In this document: positions 56,851 to 64,000 of the stretch, piece by piece
Numbering within the stretch: position 1 is the stretch's first letter
How the letters are laid out: the number at the start of each line of letters is the position of its first letter
Assembly: GCA_964620905.1 (NCBI GenBank)
Contig: CAZUKA010000001.1
Location: forward strand, 647,646-711,645
DNA from: an uncultured Gammaproteobacteria bacterium
GTDB lineage: Bacteria > Patescibacteriota > Patescibacteriia > S139-126
DNA length: 64,000 nt
Direction of reading: 5' to 3'
Notes under the pieces: model-generated
Seen by the model: only the letters and a program-made list of their open reading frames with translations
Told to the model about the DNA's origin: nothing
Database searches by the model: none
Position numbers and translations under genes: made by a program

Positions 56851-57729
56851 ATGTCCAATCGTCATTTAGCTCGTACCATAGCACTACAAACATTATTTGA
56901 ATGGGATTTTCATGGTATGCCCCAGGAGGGATTGGATAAAATACTAGAATATAATTTTCGTGAATTCGCCCCTGATTTTGATGATCAAGGGTTTGCAGAA
57001 AATTTGTTGCGAGGTACAATTGAACATCTCAAGGAAATTGATGATTTGATTGTGCGTTATGCACCCGAATGGCCACTTGATCAAATTACTGGTATCGATC
57101 GGAACGTATTACGGTTGGGTATTTATGAGTTAAAATTTTCTCCTCAAATTCCACCTAAGGTAGCTATCAACGAGTCGATAGAACTGGCAAAAAGTTTTGG
57201 CAGTGATTCCTCTGGTAAATTCATCAACGGTGTATTGGGCTCAATCTATAAAGCCATGCAAGAAAAAGGGGAAAAACAAGGTATGGATCAGCCGGTATTA
57301 GGCGAAAGACAATATTCTGCCGGTGGAGTGGTTTGGCATCGTTTTATTGATGGTGAAGTTAAAATAGCCTTGATTTTGGACGGTCATGGACGTTGGACTT
57401 TTTCTAAAGGAAGAATCAAAACTGACGAAAATCCCGAAGCTGCAGTTAAACGCGAGATTGGTGAGGAACTAGGGTTAAAACAGTTGGTAGTAGGAGAGAA
57501 AATAGGTGAGTTGGAATTGGTAGTGCGGGAGCCAAATATTCAACCTTATCCTAAGACAGTTTATATGTATATTATTGAAGCAAAAGACAAGGATCTTAGA
57601 CCTGCCCAAAACGTGGGTGAAATGAAAGACGCTCAGTGGTATGACTTAAAAGAAGTGGAAGGAGTATTGGGTTATGATCAGGCCAAAGAATTATGGCAAC
57701 AAGCAAAAAAAATTTTAATTAACCAATGA
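56851..57729 (+). CDS. nusB: NusB fused to a C-terminal Nudix hydrolase domain
   Basis: RHLAR..ALQ.L, IDRNVLR, VAINE, FINGVL; then GRIKTDENPEAAVKREIGEELG Nudix box. Confidence 0.92.
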   Translation: MSNRHLARTIALQTLFEWDFHGMPQEGLDKILEYNFREFAPDFDDQGFAENLLRGTIEHLKEIDDLIVRYAPEWPLDQITGIDRNVLRLGIYELKFSPQIPPKVAINESIELAKSFGSDSSGKFINGVLGSIYKAMQEKGEKQGMDQPVLGERQYSAGGVVWHRFIDGEVKIALILDGHGRWTFSKGRIKTDENPEAAVKREIGEELGLKQLVVGEKIGELELVVREPNIQPYPKTVYMYIIEAKDKDLRPAQNVGEMKDAQWYDLKEVEGVLGYDQAKELWQQAKKILINQ

Positions 57730-57807
57730 CCTTTTGCTTGGTAAATGCGTCTGACTTTTGTGGTTTAGACATATTTACCAATCAATCTGGTCTCAATTAT
57801 AGGCAAT

Positions 57808-58497
57808 ATGCGCGAACTTGATTCGCTGGAAAAAAATTTAAATACCAAATTTATCAATCAAGAATTGTTGCAGCAAGCTGTAGTGCACCGTTCTTATTTA
57901 AATGAACACCCAAAATTTCATTTGCCGCACAATGAACGCTTAGAATTTTTGGGAGATGCGGTTTTAGAATTGGTAGTGACTGATTATTTGTATCACAATT
58001 TTGAAAATCCAGAAGGCGAACTGACAAATTGGCGTGCCAGTTTAGTAAATGCTACACGCTGTGCGGAAGTGGCAAGAGAGTTGCAATTGGAGGATTATTT
58101 ATATTTATCAAAAGGCGAGGCCAAAGATAAAAGTAGCAAAGCTAGAAATTTTATTTTAGCCAATGCCCTGGAAGCTATCATCGGCGCGATTTATTTGGAT
58201 CGTGGTTATGAAGCAGCCGCCAAATTTGTGACTCAACATATTATCAGCCGGTTGGACTATATTTTAGCCAACGATTTATATATTGATCCCAAGACTCGTT
58301 TTCAAGAAATGATTCAGGAAAAAATTGGTGTGACGCCACAGTATAAAGTCCTGCGGGAAGAAGGACCGGATCACAATAAATTATTTGAGGTCGGTGTTTA
58401 TGTTGACGGTGAGCTTAGGGCTACTGGCCGTGGCCACAGTAAACAGGAGGCGCAAGTAGCAGCGGCTCAGCTGGCCTTAGTAAAAGAAAGCGAATAA
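57808..58497 (+). CDS. rnc: Ribonuclease III
   Basis: NERLEFLGDAVL, EAIIGAIYLD, dsRBD DPKTRFQE. Confidence 0.98.
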   Translation: MRELDSLEKNLNTKFINQELLQQAVVHRSYLNEHPKFHLPHNERLEFLGDAVLELVVTDYLYHNFENPEGELTNWRASLVNATRCAEVARELQLEDYLYLSKGEAKDKSSKARNFILANALEAIIGAIYLDRGYEAAAKFVTQHIISRLDYILANDLYIDPKTRFQEMIQEKIGVTPQYKVLREEGPDHNKLFEVGVYVDGELRATGRGHSKQEAQVAAAQLALVKESE

Positions 58498-58500
58498 TTT

Positions 58501-58983
58501 ATGGAACTCTTTTTTATTTTAATAGCATTGGCTGTTATGGTGGTAGGGTTGGTTGGTATTATTGTACCGTTTGTGCCGGGATTGCCTTTGATGTATTTGA
58601 GTTATTTACTCTATGGTTTTGTTTCGGGCTGGGAAAAAGTCACACTTAGTTCAATTGTTTTATTTGGTATTATTACTCTGGCCAGTTTATTTATTGATAT
58701 CAGCGCTGGGGCATTGGGCGCTAAAAAATATGGCGCTTCAAAATCAGGATTTTGGGGAGCAATTCTGGGAGTGCTATTTGGTTCGGTAATCTTTGGTTTT
58801 TTTGGTTTATTTATTGGACCAATTTTAGGTGCTTTTATTGGAGAATTGATTGATGGTAAACCTCATCCATTAGCTGCGCGAGCTACCTGGGGGACGGTGG
58901 TGGGTTTACTGGCAGGTTCCTTTGTAAAATTAATCGTCGGTGTTTGTTTAGTGGGGGTTTTTTTATGGCAAGTTATTAGTTGA
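58501..58983 (+). CDS. DUF456 membrane protein
   Basis: PFVPG, GAKKYGASK, GPILGAFIGE. Confidence 0.88.
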   Translation: MELFFILIALAVMVVGLVGIIVPFVPGLPLMYLSYLLYGFVSGWEKVTLSSIVLFGIITLASLFIDISAGALGAKKYGASKSGFWGAILGVLFGSVIFGFFGLFIGPILGAFIGELIDGKPHPLAARATWGTVVGLLAGSFVKLIVGVCLVGVFLWQVIS

Positions 58984-58989
58984 GAAGCA

Positions 58990-61653
58990 ATGTTTTTAGA
59001 AAAATTACAACTCAATGGCTTTAAATCATTTGCGCAAAATGTAGAATTGAAATTTGTTCGCGGTATCACTGCAATTGTCGGTCCTAATGGTAGCGGTAAA
59101 TCAAATATTGCCGATGCTATAAGGTGGGTACTAGGTGAACAGTCAATCAAGTCAATACGGGGTAAAAAATCCGCGGATGTAATTTTTGCTGGATCTGACA
59201 AAAAAGCGCGCTTAGGCCTGGCGGAAGTGATGTTGTATTTCAACAATGAAGACAGCACCGCGCCAATTGACTATTCTGAATTGGTGATTGGGCGAAGATT
59301 TTATCGTTCCGGTGAAGGCGAATATTTAATCAACAACAACCGCACTCGTTTGACGGACATACAACTATTGATGGCCAAAGCCAATGTTGGTCATCGGACT
59401 TATTCAGTGATTGGACAAGGGCAAATCGATGCGGTCTTAGTGGCAACCCCTGCGGAAAGAAAGGATTTTTTTGATGAAGCTACTGGCGTCAAACAATATC
59501 AATTGAAAAGAGACCAAGCACTAAACAAATTAGAGCACGCTTTCGTCAACTTAAAACAGGGTAAATTGATGCTGCACGAAATGGAACCACATTTGAAGAT
59601 GTTGACTAAGCAAGTCAGAAGATTAGAACAGAAAGAATTAGTTGAAAAGGATTTATTGGTTTATCAAAATTATTTATATTACCATCGTTGGCACGAGAGC
59701 GAGCAAATACAAATTTCATTATCTGATCAAATTGTGGTTTTGGAAAAGGAGCTGTCAGTTTTGACTGTCAGAAGCGAATCATTAGCCACTGAGTTGCAGG
59801 CAGAGGGGCTTAATTCTTCTCGCGAAGATGAATATGCCAAGTTGCAAGAAAAATACGAAAAATTGCAAAAGCAAAGACAAGAATACCAGCGTCAGCTAGC
59901 TATTTTTGCTGGTCAAAAAGATCTAAAATTGGCTAGCCAAAAAGGTCATGATGCCGTTTGGGCCAGAAGAAAAATCCAAGAACTTGATGACAAAATCAAA
60001 ACAACTGATCAAAAATTAGTAGAGAAAGGAAAAAAATTAGAAGATCTAAAAAAGCAATTAGTACAAAAAATCGCACAACAAGCGGAGTTGGCAGCTAGCT
60101 TTAGTGATTTTGAGAAAAAAATTATGGCGGCTGGAAAAGTTGATAGTTTTGATCAAAAAATTAAACAACAGCTCAGTCAAATTTTGTTACAAATAAAAAA
60201 TTTAAAAAAACAGTGGCAAAACAAATCCACCATCAGTACCACCGAAGCGCTTGAAGCACTGGTTGTTTGGGAAGAACAGATTGATGTTTTGTTGCAAACC
60301 AGTTCATCTAGCTCTGACACAGAAAAATTCAAACAAACAATTGTTGATTTAAAAAATAGTTTACAACAAGCCAGTTTCAACCGTGACAACTTGGTAAATG
60401 AGATAGGTGAACTGCGCGCGGAGATTAGAGCCAGTGAGACTGATCTCAATCATTTACGTCAGCAATCGCAAGATTGGGCAGGAGAAAAAGATCAATTAAG
60501 TAGTCTGGCCGCATTTGGCGATCAGAAAACTGACGTATCGGCTGCGGAGGAAAAAGTACACACCCAACTTCAAGTTGCGACTGAACAGATTGATCAGATC
60601 AATTTATCTTTGAAGGATTTCAATAAAAAAGAACAAGCCAAAAAAGATGAACTTTTAAAAAAACAAGCTCACCTGCAAACTATTCAGCAATCTATTCAAC
60701 ATCACCAAAAAGAATTGAGCGATTTGACTGCGCAAAGAGCGCGCTTTGAAGCTAAAGAAGAAGATTTAGCTTTGGAAATACACCGAGAGCTAGGAAAATA
60801 TTTGGCCGAACTGGTAGATGATTGGAAAAAGCAGGTGCCAAGTTTAGAAATGGGGATGTCTGATGAGGAATTATTAGTAAAGATTGATCAGTTGAAAAAG
60901 AAACGGGAGATGATCGGTGGTATTGAACCGGAAGCAATCACGGAATATCAGCAGGTGCGGGAGAAATATGATTTTCTTACCACTCAAGTTGATGATTTGA
61001 CTTCAGCTTTGAATAAACTCAAAGACACTATTGTAGAGCTGGATGAAATTATTAGTCGTCAGTTTAGTGATAATTTCAAAAAAATTGGTGAATTGTTCAA
61101 TACCTATTTTCGCATGTTGTTTAGCGGTGGCCGAGCTGAGCTTGTGCTATTGGCAGGTGAAACAGACAAAACTGAAGACAGTTTGGATACTGAAGAAATT
61201 ACGGCGGCTGAAGAAAATATTGATCAGTTTGATAGAGAGCTATCTCAGGAAGAGGATGAATTGAAAAAGTTTTATCAAAGTAAAAAATTTATTCAAGGGA
61301 TTGATATCAAAGCTACTCCACCAGGAAAGAAAATGAAAGGTATTGCTATGTTGTCAGGAGGCGAACGAGCGCTCACTTCTATTGCTTTGATTTGTGCTAT
61401 GATCGCCAATAATCCCTCACCGTTTGTGGTGTTGGATGAAGTGGATGCGGCTTTGGATGAAGCAAACTCATTGCGTTTTGCTGAGATTGTGGCTGAACTG
61501 TCAAAACAAACCCAATTTGTCATTATCACTCACAACCGAGCGACTATGGAAAAGGCAGATATTTTGTACGGCGTGACTATGGGCGCAGATGGTGTGTCGG
61601 ATTTGTTGTCAGTGAAATTTGAGGAAGCGCAGGAATACGCGAATAGATATTAA
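58990..61653 (+). CDS. smc: SMC-family ATPase (short, no recognisable hinge)
   Basis: GFKSF, GPNGSGKSN, LSGGE, LDEVDAALD, ITHN; near rnc as in the usual rnc-smc locus. Confidence 0.9.
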   Translation: MFLEKLQLNGFKSFAQNVELKFVRGITAIVGPNGSGKSNIADAIRWVLGEQSIKSIRGKKSADVIFAGSDKKARLGLAEVMLYFNNEDSTAPIDYSELVIGRRFYRSGEGEYLINNNRTRLTDIQLLMAKANVGHRTYSVIGQGQIDAVLVATPAERKDFFDEATGVKQYQLKRDQALNKLEHAFVNLKQGKLMLHEMEPHLKMLTKQVRRLEQKELVEKDLLVYQNYLYYHRWHESEQIQISLSDQIVVLEKELSVLTVRSESLATELQAEGLNSSREDEYAKLQEKYEKLQKQRQEYQRQLAIFAGQKDLKLASQKGHDAVWARRKIQELDDKIKTTDQKLVEKGKKLEDLKKQLVQKIAQQAELAASFSDFEKKIMAAGKVDSFDQKIKQQLSQILLQIKNLKKQWQNKSTISTTEALEALVVWEEQIDVLLQTSSSSSDTEKFKQTIVDLKNSLQQASFNRDNLVNEIGELRAEIRASETDLNHLRQQSQDWAGEKDQLSSLAAFGDQKTDVSAAEEKVHTQLQVATEQIDQINLSLKDFNKKEQAKKDELLKKQAHLQTIQQSIQHHQKELSDLTAQRARFEAKEEDLALEIHRELGKYLAELVDDWKKQVPSLEMGMSDEELLVKIDQLKKKREMIGGIEPEAITEYQQVREKYDFLTTQVDDLTSALNKLKDTIVELDEIISRQFSDNFKKIGELFNTYFRMLFSGGRAELVLLAGETDKTEDSLDTEEITAAEENIDQFDRELSQEEDELKKFYQSKKFIQGIDIKATPPGKKMKGIAMLSGGERALTSIALICAMIANNPSPFVVLDEVDAALDEANSLRFAEIVAELSKQTQFVIITHNRATMEKADILYGVTMGADGVSDLLSVKFEEAQEYANRY

Positions 61654-61788
61654 GATAGAATTATAGATCAATTTTTAAATTTTTAATTTTAAAAAAATTT
61701 AGATTTATTTAAAAATTCAAAAATTACAAAATTAAAAATTAATTTTCATTCCTTAGATTTAGGCTGGTCCTGACAAATTAAATAATAC

Positions 61789-61817
61789 TTGACAATCAAT
61801 ATACATCTGTTTATACT
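61789..61817 (+). promoter_or_regulatory. Sigma70-type promoter of rpsP
   Basis: TTGACA-17 bp-TATACT. Confidence 0.78.
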
Positions 61818-61875
61818 ATCTAACATTGACCGTCAAACTGCTCTCAAATTTTGACGATTAATTTTTTATAAAATT

Positions 61876-62262
61876 ATGTTAACCATTAGATTAAGTCGAG
61901 TTGGCAAGAAAAAACAATCAGAATACCGGCTGATCATCAATGAAAAAACCAAAGATCCTTGGGGGGACGTGTTGGAGTATTTGGGTTATTTCAATCCGCG
62001 TACCCAGCCACCCACTGTTAAATTGGAGGTGGAACGCATTAAATATTGGTTGTCTAAGGGTGCACAAGTTTCTGATACCGTGAAAAATATTTTGATAGAA
62101 CAAAAGATTATCAACGAGAAAAAATTAAAACCTCGGGGAATAAAAAATAAAAAAGCCGAAGCAAAACCCGAAGATAAAAATCAACCTGTCGAAGCTAAAT
62201 CAGACAAAAGTGATACCCCGAAGGATAATACTCCCGCTCCAGCCGAGACAGAAAAAAAATAA
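61876..62262 (+). CDS. rpsP: 30S ribosomal protein S16 with a charged C-terminal extension
   Basis: MLTIRLSRVGKK, LGYFNP, YWLSKGAQ.SDTV. Confidence 0.96.
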   Translation: MLTIRLSRVGKKKQSEYRLIINEKTKDPWGDVLEYLGYFNPRTQPPTVKLEVERIKYWLSKGAQVSDTVKNILIEQKIINEKKLKPRGIKNKKAEAKPEDKNQPVEAKSDKSDTPKDNTPAPAETEKK

Positions 62263-62273
62263 TTTTACTAAAA

Positions 62274-62301
62274 AAACACCGCCCAGTAAGGGCGGTGTTT
62301 T
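62274..62301. terminator. Bidirectional terminator
   Basis: AAAACACCGCCC-AGTAA-GGGCGGTGTTTT. Confidence 0.8.
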
Positions 62302-62313
62302 AAATATGTAAAT

Positions 62314-63858
62314 CTACCTACAAGGTTGTGTTTCTGTTGTATTACCACGCGGTTCCATCCATAGACAGTTATATGGTCTTGAACCACTACAATAAAGCGG
62401 ATTTCCATTGTTTAGATCTTCTCCACAAAATCCATCACCATTGGTGTAACAGATATTTGCCATTATTCCTTGATGTCCACAATCTGGAGCCGGACTATCT
62501 TTCCAACCAGGAGTTAGAAACTGATTACAACTGCTATAACATCCATTATAACAACCTTGGGGCGCATAACCACAACTGGCTATAGTTGTAAATTGTTTGG
62601 TAATACTAAGATCACAGTTATAGTCAAAACTGCCACCGCCACGTGGTATTTCACAAAAAACAGTTGAACCTTCATGGGCATATTGTGATCCCTCATCGCA
62701 ATCTTTTAATGATTCATTACCATTAAATATATAACGCCGAACAGCATAAACCGCAGTGGTTGGACCACAAATCTCTGCCGATAGAGTTGGTTGTGGTTTA
62801 AATAGTTTTACTACTCTTTGTAGAAGATTGTTAAAACCACCTCCACCACCTCCACCACAAGCTGGTTTTGTATCTTGAGCATAAATGGTTCCAATTTGAC
62901 CAGTGGGTGTATAGCCATCACCATCTGTATCACAATACCACATAGAGGTTTTTTTGATTTGGCCATTTTCCCAAATTGATATTTTTGACCCATCTTTTGC
63001 TGTTAAATCAATTTTTTTACCAGAATTAAATACAAAAGTACCATCAACAGTAAGTGTTCCACCACCACCTATAATTACATCACCTCTTTCAATACCATCA
63101 AGTTGTCCTACTGAGACAGTACAACTACCGATTTCTTCTAGCTTCCAAGCCCCATCCTTATAGTCTCCATTTATGGGTATGCCACACAAATCAGACCAAG
63201 CCAGAGTTAGGGTATTGGTGAGCCCGGCATTGTCTTCCACCACAAAAGTAGTTTTATAAGTGGTGTTGTGGGTATCATGTACTATCCAAGAATTTTCCCA
63301 TTTTTCTTTTTCCCCATCTTGAGCGCTCGCTTTGGAAAAAAATGATTTTTTTTCCGCAGCTATTTTTTGGCCATGTAATTTTTTGGCTTGTTTGGTTGAT
63401 AAAATTTCTAGAACACCGTTTTTTACAAGGTATTTATTTGGTATCATATCAAGATATGAAACTGAACCCACTTTGTTTAAAGGTAATTCTTTGATGCCAG
63501 TATCAGTTTCAATATGCGCTGTTACTTGTTTGATGCCAGCAGATGATTGGACTATTACCCTGAGCCACTGGGTATCTCCCACATGCACATCAGGTGGATC
63601 TATTTCTCCTTCTAGAAAAATAGGACCTTCGTTGGTTGCTGCTTGGGCGATAACAAAATTATATTTACCCAAAGGTAGATTCCACTGCTCGCCTTTTTTG
63701 TTGATAAAGGTTTTAAATTGTACAATTGGTAATTGGCTAGAAAAATCTTTTTGCATTAGCTTCATGGTTTGTATAGAGAAAACAAATATACTCAAACCCA
63801 AGCCAACAATTCCAATATATAAAGCTCCTAGAAAGTATTTTTCTCTGTTTATTTTCAT
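62314..63858 (-). CDS. Membrane-anchored extracellular protein with a Cys/Gly-rich C terminus
   Basis: N-terminal TM; WYCDTDGDGY...DCDE...DYNCD metal-binding-like motif; many Cys residues. Confidence 0.75.
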   Translation of the reverse strand: MKINREKYFLGALYIGIVGLGLSIFVFSIQTMKLMQKDFSSQLPIVQFKTFINKKGEQWNLPLGKYNFVIAQAATNEGPIFLEGEIDPPDVHVGDTQWLRVIVQSSAGIKQVTAHIETDTGIKELPLNKVGSVSYLDMIPNKYLVKNGVLEILSTKQAKKLHGQKIAAEKKSFFSKASAQDGEKEKWENSWIVHDTHNTTYKTTFVVEDNAGLTNTLTLAWSDLCGIPINGDYKDGAWKLEEIGSCTVSVGQLDGIERGDVIIGGGGTLTVDGTFVFNSGKKIDLTAKDGSKISIWENGQIKKTSMWYCDTDGDGYTPTGQIGTIYAQDTKPACGGGGGGGFNNLLQRVVKLFKPQPTLSAEICGPTTAVYAVRRYIFNGNESLKDCDEGSQYAHEGSTVFCEIPRGGGSFDYNCDLSITKQFTTIASCGYAPQGCYNGCYSSCNQFLTPGWKDSPAPDCGHQGIMANICYTNGDGFCGEDLNNGNPLYCSGSRPYNCLWMEPRGNTTETQPCR

Positions 63859-64000
63859 ATTTTTAGATTAATTTATGTGTTTATTATACCACAAAATTAA
63901 TTTTTCAAGGATTTATTAAGCCAATAAACCATCAGCTAACAAACTAAAACCTAGGACCGTCACCTGAACTTACTTGTCTTGCTTAGCGGTGATTTCAAGG

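Noticed and set aside
63915-64000. Possible gene end or RNA structure at the right edge
   Set aside because: Too little sequence to assign a frame or fold

Overview
AT-rich bacterial chromosome segment (standard code 11) that spans the replication origin: dnaN-dnaA on the minus strand, rpmH-rnpA-yidD-yidC on the plus strand, a B. subtilis-type DnaA-box/DnaA-trio unwinding element, and three perfect parS palindromes. The gene style (few SD sequences, scattered housekeeping genes, glgA/GH57/GalT-like cluster, NusB-Nudix fusion, VLG-containing surface proteins) suggests a Patescibacteria/CPR (Parcubacteria-like) genome; this is an inference. The window also holds six tRNAs, two T-box riboswitches, translation/transcription/repair genes, a surface-modification operon, a glycogen cluster carrying APH-family kinases, and a small accessory region (14.1-17.9 kb) with GCTAAGC mini-hairpin repeats and tRNA 3'-end fragments. 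The leading candidates for undescribed biology are: (1) a complete T-box riboswitch that controls only a 63-aa orphan protein; (2) an operon of a YIDPG microprotein, a NoeA-like kinase-methyltransferase, an LtaS-like transferase and a GT2; (3) an apparently hinge-less SMC near parS sites; (4) a valS T-box with an ultra-short Stem I; (5) a small element next to tRNA-Glu with tRNA-like 3' ends on both strands; (6) tandem APH kinases inside the glycogen operon. All calls come from reading the sequence by eye; no searches were run. No CRISPR array, integrase or transposase was seen.
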